DNA of 36,291 bases from a virus, in UHGV virus genome UHGV-0200858, one strand, 5' to 3'. A program made the position numbers and the translations under genes. Shown one piece after another: positions 1-8,417 of this stretch. Below the pieces are notes generated by a model, which worked only from the letters and a program-made list of their open reading frames with translations, had not been told where the DNA came from and did no database searches. Each line of letters opens with the position of its first letter. The stretch's first letter is position 1.

Positions 1-30
1 GTACCCATCAACACACGAGAGGATACAACG

Positions 31-300
31 ATGAACATTACCAAAGCAATCCATAACTATGCTCGCCGCCGTGGAATCGAACTTCAACTCGAAGATGAGC
101 AGGTTAGATTCTGGGAGATAGAACAAGATTGTGAATGGATGTTCAGCTATTCGATTGCTCAATGTGGTTGCTTGTTCTGGAAAGGTAATGTGTATCTTCC
201 TCGCGATATTAAAGAAGAACTTCCGGCGATGATTGGCACCGATAAGAAGTTAAAGGAAGTCTTAGATTTTATCTACAAAGAGTTTATTAGCAAGAAGTAA
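31..300 (+). CDS. hypothetical small protein (89 aa)
   Basis: ORF with a good Shine-Dalgarno (GAGAGGA) upstream of the ATG, followed by a hairpin terminator; no recognisable domain. Confidence 0.5.
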   Translation: MNITKAIHNYARRRGIELQLEDEQVRFWEIEQDCEWMFSYSIAQCGCLFWKGNVYLPRDIKEELPAMIGTDKKLKEVLDFIYKEFISKK

Positions 301-310
301 TTTCTAATTT

Positions 311-337
311 GGTGGGTGCAATTCCCACCGCTTTTTA
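311..337 (+). terminator. rho-independent terminator (approx coordinates)
   Basis: GGTGGG / CCCACC stem with 7 nt loop followed by CTTTTT, directly after the 31..300 ORF. Confidence 0.55.
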
Positions 338-353
338 AACTGGAGAATCAAAC

Positions 354-434
354 ATGTTAGCTTTTATCTCATTCGTGGGAGGTAGTCTCACAACTATGAT
401 CAGCCTTTCTTATATTGTCGTTAGTATGGGGTGA
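354..434 (+). CDS. possible tiny hydrophobic peptide (26 aa), approx coordinates
   Basis: ATG preceded by GGAGA; translation MLAFISFVGGSLTTMISLSYIVVSMG is almost entirely hydrophobic; below ORF-track size cut-off, hand-translated. Confidence 0.15.
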   Translation: MLAFISFVGGSLTTMISLSYIVVSMG

Positions 435-437
435 GCA

Positions 438-563
438 ATGAAACAATTTCATGATGGCATTTCATCTAAGACATTCAAGAAAGAATATAGCGGATTGTGT
501 ATTAACTGGATTGATTTGATTGGTGCGGTTGTGTTTGGTCTGGTAATTAGCATCAATTTTTAA
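438..563 (+). CDS. possible small membrane peptide (41 aa), approx coordinates
   Basis: ATG preceded by GGGGTGAG; hand translation MKQFHDGISSKTFKKEYSGLCINWIDLIGAVVFGLVISINF has a C-terminal hydrophobic helix. Confidence 0.2.
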   Translation: MKQFHDGISSKTFKKEYSGLCINWIDLIGAVVFGLVISINF

Positions 564-604
564 CGATATAAATATATCGTAATTCATTCAAAGAGGATTC
601 AATT

Positions 605-946
605 ATGAAAAAGACTATCTACGCAATTATTGTTTCTGTGTGTGTTGGTGGCATCGGTGGATTTGTTTGTGGGTATGACTATTCCGATACTCAACATCAA
701 GAGACTATCCGGTCAACTAAGGCTGAGATTAAGGATCTGAATCAGGAGATTAGCCAGTTAGAAAATGCTCTCTCACTCAAAGATAGTGAATATAGCGAGG
801 TTTATGCAGAGAAACAAAAATATTGGAAAGAGAAAGATAATCTCGTCGTTTACGGGATGAAATTGTGTAAGAGCATGAAGGATGAGCGCAGTTGCTTAAT
901 GGAACTTGCCCTTAAAGGTAACGTGACCATCGACTTCAAAGACTAA
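605..946 (+). CDS. membrane-anchored coiled-coil protein (113 aa)
   Basis: N-terminal hydrophobic helix (IYAIIVSVCVGGIGGFVCG) then a heptad-like coiled coil with C-terminal Cys residues; AAGAGGA SD; architecture resembles i-spanin/Rz-like or superinfection-exclusion proteins. Confidence 0.5.
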   Translation: MKKTIYAIIVSVCVGGIGGFVCGYDYSDTQHQETIRSTKAEIKDLNQEISQLENALSLKDSEYSEVYAEKQKYWKEKDNLVVYGMKLCKSMKDERSCLMELALKGNVTIDFKD

Positions 947-977
947 TTAAATTCTAATAACAAGAGGAAATTCAATT

Positions 978-1223
978 ATGAAAAAGATTATCGCTGGTAT
1001 CGTTCTTTCTTTAGGTCTGGTTGGTGCTGCCACTGCCGATCAATATGTACAGGGTGATAGTGTTAAACGTGCAGCCGTTGTTACTTCCCTGAATCAATTG
1101 TGTAGTGAAATAGCTGTACTGGCTGGTCAACCTAATGATGAAGAACTTATTACCGCGTGTATCTGGAGTCATGTAGAGGATATTAATATTCGTGATGCTC
1201 GACTGAAAGGTAAAAAATACTAA
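978..1223 (+). CDS. small secreted protein with signal peptide (81 aa)
   Basis: N-terminus MKKIIAGIVLSLGLVGAATA-DQ is a typical Sec signal peptide with AxA cleavage site; no lipobox Cys; shares N-terminus and RBS context with the 605..946 gene. Confidence 0.5.
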   Translation: MKKIIAGIVLSLGLVGAATADQYVQGDSVKRAAVVTSLNQLCSEIAVLAGQPNDEELITACIWSHVEDINIRDARLKGKKY

Positions 1224-1239
1224 TGACTTACTAACCAAT

Positions 1240-1275
1240 GCCCCTATCGTTATAATACGCGGTAGGGGCTTTTTT
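1240..1275 (+). terminator. rho-independent terminator (approx)
   Basis: GCCCCTATCG ... CGGTAGGGGC stem followed by a T-run, after the 978..1223 gene. Confidence 0.6.
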
Positions 1276-2968
1276 GTTTGGAAATGGTATGAAAACTAAA
1301 CTGTATTCGTATATTCGCTTCTCGTCTATGCGTCAGAATGATGGTTCGAGTTATGAACGACAAATCAGGATGGCTAGAGAGATTGCGGCAAAGTATGACC
1401 TTGAACTGGTAAATGATTATCAGGATCTGGGTGTATCTGCGTTTAAGGGTGCTAACTCTAAAACAGGTGCGCTATCTCGTTTCCTTGATGCAATTGGTAG
1501 ATCCGTTCCTGTTGGTAGCTGGCTATTCATTGAAAACTTGGACCGTTTATCCCGTGCCGATATTGTCAGTGCGCAGGAGTTGTTCCTTTCGATCATTCGT
1601 CGGGGGATCACTATCGTTACGGGTATGGATAACAAGATCTACTCGCTGGATACTGTTACCGCTAACCCGATGGACCTGATGTTCTCCATCCTTCTATTCA
1701 TCCGCGGTAACGAGGAAAGCCAGACTAAGCGCAATCGTACTAACTCAAGCGCATTGATTAAGATTAAAGCTCATCAAGAAAATCCACAAAATCCGGCTGT
1801 TGCAATCGAGGAAGTTGGAAAGAATATGTGGTGGACTGATACCACATCTGGTTATGTGCTTCCTCATCCGGTCTTCTTCCCTATTGTTCAGGAGGTTGTG
1901 GAATTACGGAAGAATGGACGTTCAACCGCCGAAATACTGGATCACCTTAACGAGACATATACACCACCACCAGCGGTTAGTAATAAGAAACATTCAAAAT
2001 GGTCACGGGCAATGGTTGAAAGATTGTTCCATACCCGCGCTTTGATTGGTATCAAGGAAGTCTCGGTAGATGGCGTTAACTATGAGTTAAACAATTATTA
2101 CCCGCGTGTTATTGATGACCCTACGTTCTATCACCTTAAGAAAAATATTGGTGCTAGAGCATGGAACTTCGGAGACAAGGAAGAAGTTAAACCGATCCCC
2201 CTGCTTAGTGGTATTGGCCTATTGAAATGTGATCATTGCGGTTGCGCTATGGTTAAAGTGAAGGGAACGAACAAACGTTCTGACCAGTATCGTTATACAT
2301 GTGATGCGACCCGTTCACGTAGACTTGATTGCGAGCATCCAAACTGGAGTTTTCGAGGTGATCAATTAGAGAAAGCTGTATTGCAATTGCTGGCTGATAA
2401 AATCTGGATTGCTGAGGATAAGGCTAACCCGGTTCCGGCGTTGAAAGTACAGATTGATGAAATATCACGCAAGATTGATAACCTGATCGCCCTTTCTGCT
2501 ATGACAGGAGCAACGAAGGAACTAGCCGATCAGATTACTGCCCTTAATAGCGAGCGTGAAACACTCTACAATCAGATTAAGATGGCAGAAGAGGAAATGT
2601 ATTCTGTAGACTCTCAAGGCTGGGAGAAGCTCGCAGAATTTGATTTAGAAGATGTTTACAATGAGGAACGAATCAAGGTTAGATTCAAGATTAAGCAAGC
2701 TCTAAAGCGGATCGGGTGTAGCAGGATTGACAGAAACAAAAACTTGTTTGTACTGGAATACATCGATGGAAAGACCCAGAGAGTTGTAATAGAAAATTCA
2801 AGAGGAACGAGGAAAGGACAAATATTTGTCGATTTGAAGACTATCAATGATAGGCAGATTCTGGAAAGTAACGGGCTTGTTTTGCATCCATGTTTAGACA
2901 TGCTGACAGATAAAGACTGGAAACCAGAAGAGGAAATACCAGGTCCATTACAGGAATTTGGAATTTAA
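1274..2968 (+). CDS. large serine recombinase (resolvase/invertase N-terminal catalytic domain + recombinase domain + zinc ribbon + coiled coil)
   Basis: N-terminal YSYIRFSSMRQ...R motif typical of serine recombinase catalytic domain; central Cys cluster CDHCGC...C...C (zinc ribbon); C-terminal coiled coil; 564 aa is typical of the large serine recombinase family. Track start is a TTG; first ATG is 15 nt downstream (about 1289). Confidence 0.85.
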   Translation: MFGNGMKTKLYSYIRFSSMRQNDGSSYERQIRMAREIAAKYDLELVNDYQDLGVSAFKGANSKTGALSRFLDAIGRSVPVGSWLFIENLDRLSRADIVSAQELFLSIIRRGITIVTGMDNKIYSLDTVTANPMDLMFSILLFIRGNEESQTKRNRTNSSALIKIKAHQENPQNPAVAIEEVGKNMWWTDTTSGYVLPHPVFFPIVQEVVELRKNGRSTAEILDHLNETYTPPPAVSNKKHSKWSRAMVERLFHTRALIGIKEVSVDGVNYELNNYYPRVIDDPTFYHLKKNIGARAWNFGDKEEVKPIPLLSGIGLLKCDHCGCAMVKVKGTNKRSDQYRYTCDATRSRRLDCEHPNWSFRGDQLEKAVLQLLADKIWIAEDKANPVPALKVQIDEISRKIDNLIALSAMTGATKELADQITALNSERETLYNQIKMAEEEMYSVDSQGWEKLAEFDLEDVYNEERIKVRFKIKQALKRIGCSRIDRNKNLFVLEYIDGKTQRVVIENSRGTRKGQIFVDLKTINDRQILESNGLVLHPCLDMLTDKDWKPEEEIPGPLQEFGI

Positions 2969-3004
2969 GCGGCCTAAATCGACGTATAACGAGCTAAAAC
3001 AGTT

Positions 3005-3030
3005 AAGGGGTACAGATGTACCCCTTTTTA
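3005..3030. terminator. bidirectional hairpin terminator between convergent genes (approx)
   Basis: AAGGGGTACA GAT GTACCCCTT hairpin flanked by A-run and T-run, between the recombinase (+) and the 3042..4226 (-) gene. Confidence 0.6.
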
Positions 3031-3041
3031 ATTTAATTGCG

Positions 3042-4226
3042 TTAGGCAGCGTCTAAAGGGCTTAAATCAAGTTCTAGGTCTTCCGGTTCCAAATCAGCTA
3101 ACTGTGCATTCATCCACTTAGCTAAATCTTCATCGGTTACGACAAAATCCGGTTTTTCTTCCCATTCATTAAGATACATCGGACGATCTGGATTTGCTGC
3201 GATATATTCATTAATGAAGTTTAATGCTTTCTTGAGAGTTTTAATCGGGCGTGTTTCCGTCCATCCATCCGGTACATCATGTTTTGAGGCAGTCTTACCC
3301 TTAACATGAATCTTTAACCCTTTCTCTAAGTCGATTGCTTGCCATCCCTTTTCAAACAGATGATTGAATATCAATTCATGTTTGTATGTGGATAATTTGG
3401 CTTGTTGTTGCATTCTCTTTTTAGAGTTGGAGGCGAAACCGATTTTAATAAATTCATCTCCTAATTTCTGAATATAGAGATAAGTCGGACGTGTCTTGTC
3501 AATTCTTCTTAGATTATATTCACCTGTTTCTAATGAACGTTGGTTTGAAAGGCAATCTGGACAAATCAGGATTCCACGGTCGCAAGGTTCACGGGTAGTT
3601 AAATCCCAATCCCCATGATGCGGACAATTACAGCGCAAGAGTGTCTCTCTTACTCCCTTCTCTTCTGACAACCAACAAACGAAGGTGTATCCGAATTCTT
3701 TACACAATTCCTTAATCTGTGCTTCTCTCTTAGCTCTCAATTCAGTGAGCGTATTACATCCGTTTCTACGAGCCAGATTGCTCTCTTTGGTGCAGCATGA
3801 ACAGTTTAAATTTCTACGGAATGCCAGATTAAGAGGGATAGTGAATTCTTCGTTGTGATTCAAGCAGAGAAATTTTGCTTTGGTTCCTTTGACGTGATTG
3901 TATTCACCATCCCAACCTAAAAACTGTTTCCCTTCCTGTTTCCCTCGTTCGGTTAGCTGGATTTTATATCCTTCCTCATTCCTTTTAAGGCTTCCCCCAT
4001 TGATTTGATTTAACTGTTTCAGTGCATGAATGCTGGAAAGTCCGGTAGGTTGATATGACACCTGAAAACGGGCTTCTACTCCTGATACATACGGTAAAAC
4101 AAAACCATCGAAGGTTAATCCGTGTTTCTCACACTGTTTAATGATTCTGGCTTGCACTTCTTCCGGTGTCTTCTGGTTTGGGTGAGTCTTAACAAAAACA
4201 ATCTCGTTTGCAAATGCTAGTTTCAT
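3042..4226 (-). CDS. GIY-YIG-like (T5orf172-type) domain protein with N-terminal Cys/His zinc-ribbon-like repeats; putative homing-endonuclease-like nuclease
   Basis: C-terminal half contains YLYIQKLGDEFIKIGFASNSKKR...E motif resembling GIY-YIG/T5orf172 fold; upstream CxxC/CxC/HH clusters (LNCSCC, RCNCPHHG, CPDC); paralogous to the 4381..4950 product. Confidence 0.55.
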   Translation of the reverse strand: MKLAFANEIVFVKTHPNQKTPEEVQARIIKQCEKHGLTFDGFVLPYVSGVEARFQVSYQPTGLSSIHALKQLNQINGGSLKRNEEGYKIQLTERGKQEGKQFLGWDGEYNHVKGTKAKFLCLNHNEEFTIPLNLAFRRNLNCSCCTKESNLARRNGCNTLTELRAKREAQIKELCKEFGYTFVCWLSEEKGVRETLLRCNCPHHGDWDLTTREPCDRGILICPDCLSNQRSLETGEYNLRRIDKTRPTYLYIQKLGDEFIKIGFASNSKKRMQQQAKLSTYKHELIFNHLFEKGWQAIDLEKGLKIHVKGKTASKHDVPDGWTETRPIKTLKKALNFINEYIAANPDRPMYLNEWEEKPDFVVTDEDLAKWMNAQLADLEPEDLELDLSPLDAA

Positions 4227-4279
4227 AGTAGTTTCCTCAAAAATTATAAGTTCACTACTATTTATTGAAGAGAATTATC

Positions 4280-4310
4280 TCACTATTGCATCCTCACTAA
4301 CTTTGATATA
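4280..4310 (+). promoter_or_regulatory. sigma70-like promoter candidate for the 4381.. operon (approx)
   Basis: TTGCAT - about 17 nt - TATAAT upstream of the 4381 start, in the divergent intergenic region. Confidence 0.35.
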
Positions 4311-4380
4311 TAATCCGCGACCCTAAAGTTACAAACCAACCATATTGAGGGTTTTGCCTATAAGTTAAAGTGAGGTCTAT

Positions 4381-4950
4381 ATGATTCCAGTAATGGCTAA
4401 AGATATTGTTTTTACTCCTAAATCATCCCGTGCTGTAACTCCACCAGCATTAGAACAACGCATTCTTACTCACATCAAAGATAATGACTTACCGTTAGTC
4501 TTTCATGGCTTTCTGGGTGAGTTTAAAGGGCTTCACACGAGAATTGCTCTTACATGTACTCGCTGCGGTGATAGAGCCGACAAATCAGCTACTAACCTGC
4601 TTAATGAAGGCAAACGCTGTGTATGTTTCAAGAGTGATTATTTTCAATATAAAGCGGGTGTACCATATCTCTATGTGATGCAATCCGGCGATATTGGTAA
4701 ATTTGGTGTAACAAAATCGATTATCAAACGTAGGGTTAATCTGGGCTTACGTAATCCCGGTCATAACTTTGATATTGTCTATGCTCGTGAAATGCCATCA
4801 ATGAAACATGCGCTAGCCACTGAGCGAACAATAAAGAGAATGTTGGATGTGGGTATAGGCGGGATTGAATACGGCAAAACTGAAACATTCCACTACTGCA
4901 ATAAATCACTAAACAATATAAAGAATATTGCAAGTGTGGAGTGGAACTAA
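4381..4950 (+). CDS. GIY-YIG-like (T5orf172-type) domain protein with zinc ribbon (189 aa)
   Basis: CTRCG...CVC Cys cluster followed by YLYVMQSGDIGKFGVTKS...RRVNL...E motif; stop overlaps the start of the downstream helicase gene (TAATG). Confidence 0.55.
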   Translation: MIPVMAKDIVFTPKSSRAVTPPALEQRILTHIKDNDLPLVFHGFLGEFKGLHTRIALTCTRCGDRADKSATNLLNEGKRCVCFKSDYFQYKAGVPYLYVMQSGDIGKFGVTKSIIKRRVNLGLRNPGHNFDIVYAREMPSMKHALATERTIKRMLDVGIGGIEYGKTETFHYCNKSLNNIKNIASVEWN

Positions 4951-6440
4951 TGCAAGATATTAACATTCATTTTCAAGATTACAGTTTCGTTAAGGTTGAA
5001 TGCTCTCCTTCTATCGGAATGGAATTAAGAGATTATTTCTCGTTTGAGGTTGAAGGGGCTAGATTTAGCCCCCGCTACAAATATTCCGGCTGGGATGGAA
5101 AGATAAGACTGTTTACGCATGAGAACACCTTACCAATCGGATTATTGAAAACATTGGGTATCTTCGCTAAAAACATGGGCTATAGCGTATGGGTAGACCC
5201 CAGATTGCTTGAGAAGGAAGATGTAACCAAAGAATCAATTGATTCATGGATTGACTCTTTAGAAGTGTATTCCGGTAGCAATAAAATCAATCCTTACTGG
5301 TATCAAAGAGAGGCAGTATTTCAGGGTATCCATAATCGCCGTAGAATGCTGGTTCTTCCTACCAGTGCCGGAAAGTCATTGATTGCTTGTATGCTGTCTC
5401 GTTGGTACTTAGAGAACTACACCGGAAAGATTCTAATCATTGTCCCGACTACATCGCTGGTGGTTCAAATGAGGGATGATTTTGTCGATTATAGGCTATT
5501 CCCTTATGAAGCAATCCATACAATGATGAGTGGTAGCGGGAAACATCCGGGAGACAGGTTAATCACTGTTTCAACATGGCAATCAGCTTGCAAGATGCCT
5601 CCTGAATGGTTCCGACAATATGGAATGTTGATAGTTGATGAATCGCATCGTGCCAGCGCAAAGAATATCACCAATATCATCAACGGAATGAATCATTGTC
5701 AGTTTAAAATCGGTATGACTGGTTCCCCGAAAGAATCAAAGTGCCATTTAATGCAATATGTCGGGTTGTTCGGTGATATTCAGAAGATAGTAGCAATCAA
5801 GCAATTGATGGATGACGGACAAGTTACCCAGCTTAAAATTAATGCTCTCTTCCTTAAGTACAAAGATGAAGAATGTAAAGCAATGCGGGGCAAAGATTAT
5901 CAGGAAGAGATTAAATTCATCAATGCTCATAAGGTAAGGAATAAACTGGCTTGTAATTTGGCCTTAAAACTCGCCAGGAAGCAAGAAAACGTATTTTTGA
6001 TGTTCCGGTACTCTAAGCATGGAAAAATGCTTTATAATGCGTTACAGCGCGTTTACGATAAGGTTTATTACGTTTCCAGTGAGATTACCACCGCCGAACG
6101 CGATGCCTTAAAGAAAATGGCTGAAAATGAGAAAGGATTGATTGTAGTTGCCTCCTATGGTGTTTTCTCTACTGGCGTTTCAATTAAGAATCTTCATCAT
6201 GTCATTTTCGGTCATCCAGTGAAGGAATCAACCATTGTCCGGCAATCAATAGGACGTGCTCTTAGGAAACATGGTAGTAAAGCAATTGCGTATGTGTGGG
6301 ATTTGATAGATGTGATTTGTTCGAAAGACAAGAAAGGAAAATATACACGCAAGAATTATGCTTTAACTCATGGCCTCCAGAGAATCAATACTTACATATC
6401 AGATCGCTTCGAATATGTAACGAAAACAATCGAGATTTAA
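4941..6440 (+). CDS. uvsW: SF2 DExH-box helicase, UvsW-like
   Basis: Walker A LPTSAGKS, DExH box IVDESH, motifs ILIIVPTT, VYYVSSE, IVVASYGVFSTG, QSIGRALRKHGSK; overall layout and several motifs recall T4 UvsW (from memory, not searched). Track start is GTG; likely ATG start at about 4950 overlapping upstream stop. Confidence 0.8.
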   Translation: MELMQDINIHFQDYSFVKVECSPSIGMELRDYFSFEVEGARFSPRYKYSGWDGKIRLFTHENTLPIGLLKTLGIFAKNMGYSVWVDPRLLEKEDVTKESIDSWIDSLEVYSGSNKINPYWYQREAVFQGIHNRRRMLVLPTSAGKSLIACMLSRWYLENYTGKILIIVPTTSLVVQMRDDFVDYRLFPYEAIHTMMSGSGKHPGDRLITVSTWQSACKMPPEWFRQYGMLIVDESHRASAKNITNIINGMNHCQFKIGMTGSPKESKCHLMQYVGLFGDIQKIVAIKQLMDDGQVTQLKINALFLKYKDEECKAMRGKDYQEEIKFINAHKVRNKLACNLALKLARKQENVFLMFRYSKHGKMLYNALQRVYDKVYYVSSEITTAERDALKKMAENEKGLIVVASYGVFSTGVSIKNLHHVIFGHPVKESTIVRQSIGRALRKHGSKAIAYVWDLIDVICSKDKKGKYTRKNYALTHGLQRINTYISDRFEYVTKTIEI

Positions 6441-6483
6441 TAAATAGGGGCTTTAATGCCCCTTTATTCTACGGAGATTAAAA

Positions 6484-6747
6484 ATGATTAGCTTTAAACG
6501 TTTTTTGGTTGAGGCCGCTATTGACGGTTTTATGAGTAAGATTTATTCTTGTAATACTATCGAGGGATTAAATGAACTTGAGGCATATTATGAGAAGCGC
6601 AAGAAAGAAACAGAATTGAAACCTGCTGATGATATTTCGATCCGTGATGCCATCGCCGGACGACGCAAGCAACTGGAAGCGGAGAACGAGCCGGATGAGG
6701 AGCCAGAAGAGGATTTTTCTATCATCAATTTGTGCCAGATAAAATAA
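6484..6747 (+). CDS. small acidic protein, possible UvsW.1-like helicase partner (87 aa)
   Basis: Immediately downstream of the helicase, acidic C-terminus (EAENEPDEEPEEDF); position and size recall T4 uvsW.1; followed by terminator. Confidence 0.35.
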   Translation: MISFKRFLVEAAIDGFMSKIYSCNTIEGLNELEAYYEKRKKETELKPADDISIRDAIAGRRKQLEAENEPDEEPEEDFSIINLCQIK

Positions 6748-6775
6748 AAGCGCCCATGTGAGGCGCTTTTTTGTT
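6748..6775 (+). terminator. rho-independent terminator (approx)
   Basis: AAGCGCC CATGTG AGGCGCTTTTTTG hairpin plus T-run after the 6484..6747 gene. Confidence 0.65.
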
Positions 6776-6791
6776 ATATGTGAATTGATGA

Positions 6792-7145
6792 TCAGCCATT
6801 CCATCGAGATTTTTTCGACCTGCTATCAATATGCGTAAAGGTTTTATATTTGCCTAGACCATATTGATTGGGATATTTCCCGTTAAGATAAGCATGGACA
6901 ATATCAGGAGAAACACCCTTGATCACAATGTCACACGCTCGACCGCGAACATGGTAGCTATTGGTTGCCCCGCCTACATTCTTGTTATGAGTCGGACAAC
7001 GGTTCCCACTGTTAATAATTACTGGTTTCCCGAAGTGTTCTCGTACATCCTCAAGAATTACCAGTAATTCAGCATCGATAGTATCATAATCACATTTTCC
7101 GCATTTACATTTGAATTCCTTGCGGGAAAAATGCTTACTTAACAT
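6792..7145 (-). CDS. endolysin, peptidase M15 family (L-alanyl-D-glutamate / VanY-like zinc peptidase)
   Basis: Motifs SRKEFKCKCG, SGNRCPTHNKNVGGATNSYHVRGRACDI and FTHID match the H-x6-D ... H zinc site of M15 peptidases; no signal peptide. Confidence 0.8.
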   Translation of the reverse strand: MLSKHFSRKEFKCKCGKCDYDTIDAELLVILEDVREHFGKPVIINSGNRCPTHNKNVGGATNSYHVRGRACDIVIKGVSPDIVHAYLNGKYPNQYGLGKYKTFTHIDSRSKKSRWNG

Positions 7146-7154
7146 ATTACCCCC

Positions 7155-7502
7155 TTAGATCATTTCGAAGATATAACCAATAAAGCGCATACCCTTGATA
7201 TAATAAGGAGCAGTGCCTACACACACCGCGCGTGCATCGCCCAGACAGTTAAAGCTATAAGGATTAACTACATCAACTTCTTGCCCTACACGAAAACGAT
7301 ACTTAGGACGTTTAGCCAATGTGGCGACACAAAACACGGTCCCTTTTTCATGATCGCGGATACATTCTTTATATTGTTTATGTTTAACTCTCTTTGCCTC
7401 AAAATCATGAGTCATGGATTCTGGGCTAATGCCATTAATAAAAATACCGGAAAGCTGATCGACCGGATAAGTAGGAAATTCAGTAAAAATATTTTTAGCC
7501 AT
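7155..7502 (-). CDS. hypothetical protein (115 aa)
   Basis: ORF tightly packed between endolysin and upstream gene; no recognisable motif. Confidence 0.4.
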   Translation of the reverse strand: MAKNIFTEFPTYPVDQLSGIFINGISPESMTHDFEAKRVKHKQYKECIRDHEKGTVFCVATLAKRPKYRFRVGQEVDVVNPYSFNCLGDARAVCVGTAPYYIKGMRFIGYIFEMI

Positions 7503-7541
7503 GTTATACCCCCCATAAGATTCTATGAGGGTATTTATGGA

Positions 7542-8225
7542 TTAAACGTATCTCATGCGCGATTTAATGTGCTTATTGATGTTTTTAAGCATCATTTCCT
7601 CGTTGCTTTCCCATGATCCCATTGTCGAATAACGAGTAGAAATTTTGTCCGACTTAACGGCAACAATTCGCTTACTCTGTTTCTGTGTGCGTTTCTCTAA
7701 GCGACGTTTTGCCACCGCCGATCCATTCTTAGCGCGTTTAGTTCGGGATTTCTTAGGCTTGTACTTCTTCATGATAAAAGTCCCTTCCTGGTTCTCTACC
7801 TTGATGAAGTTGCCGTTTTCGATGTTACGCATCATCTTACCGCCTTTGATGGCCTTAATGTTCCCGTGGGAGTCTAAGACCTTGCCGTTGGCGATTGGAA
7901 CTAGCTTATTGATTTTGCCCCCATCGAAATAGTGTTTCAGATAGTCGTCCTGACTGCCGATCTTCTTATCCTTATCCCTTGCGCCCTTAATGAAGATTTG
8001 GTGTCTGGTCCCTGATCGGTTCTTATAGTTGGTATTACCTACAGCTTGTTGAGTCCAGCGAGTAGGTCTATCAACATTCTTGTTAATCTTCTTCTGGAGT
8101 GCTCTGGAAGCAAAGATCGCCCCTTCCCCTAGTGCCCTTTCGAATGTATCGGTTGCCTTTTCAGACCATTGCCGTAACGCTTTCTTAGTCCTTAGAGCGT
8201 TTCGTTTATTGGTACTGGTTGCCAT
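7542..8225 (-). CDS. hypothetical highly basic protein (227 aa)
   Basis: K/R-rich throughout (KRNALRTKKALRQ, KKYKPKKSRTKRAK); start overlaps the stop of the upstream small ORF. Confidence 0.4.
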   Translation of the reverse strand: MATSTNKRNALRTKKALRQWSEKATDTFERALGEGAIFASRALQKKINKNVDRPTRWTQQAVGNTNYKNRSGTRHQIFIKGARDKDKKIGSQDDYLKHYFDGGKINKLVPIANGKVLDSHGNIKAIKGGKMMRNIENGNFIKVENQEGTFIMKKYKPKKSRTKRAKNGSAVAKRRLEKRTQKQSKRIVAVKSDKISTRYSTMGSWESNEEMMLKNINKHIKSRMRYV

Positions 8226-8226
8226 G

Positions 8227-8397
8227 TTAGCCCCCTAATAACGAAAAGACCCCCGCCAGTGTCCTTAGCAATTGTTCATCCACGGTCATAGCCGGGAGTT
8301 CAAGCCCAAAGGACGTTAGCAGAGGTCTAATAGCTACGTTATAAGTGAGGGCGACAATCAAGAGATAACCAAAATATTTCTTAAGTTTATTCTTCAT
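8227..8397 (-). CDS. possible small membrane protein (about 56 aa), candidate holin-like
   Basis: Hand-translated MKNKLKKYFGYLLIVALTYNVAIRPLLTSFGLELPAMTVDEQLLRTLAGVFSLLGG; one hydrophobic helix; stop overlaps start of 7542..8225; below track cut-off, coordinates approximate. Confidence 0.25.
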   Translation of the reverse strand: MKNKLKKYFGYLLIVALTYNVAIRPLLTSFGLELPAMTVDEQLLRTLAGVFSLLGG

Positions 8398-8417
8398 ATA
8401 TTCACCCCTTTTTATTA

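Noticed and set aside
1011-2901. Small ORFs 1011..1238(-), 1413..1679(+), 1420..1635(-), 1800..2045(+), 2656..2901(-)
   Set aside because: Embedded in or antisense to the signal-peptide gene and the serine recombinase gene; no independent support
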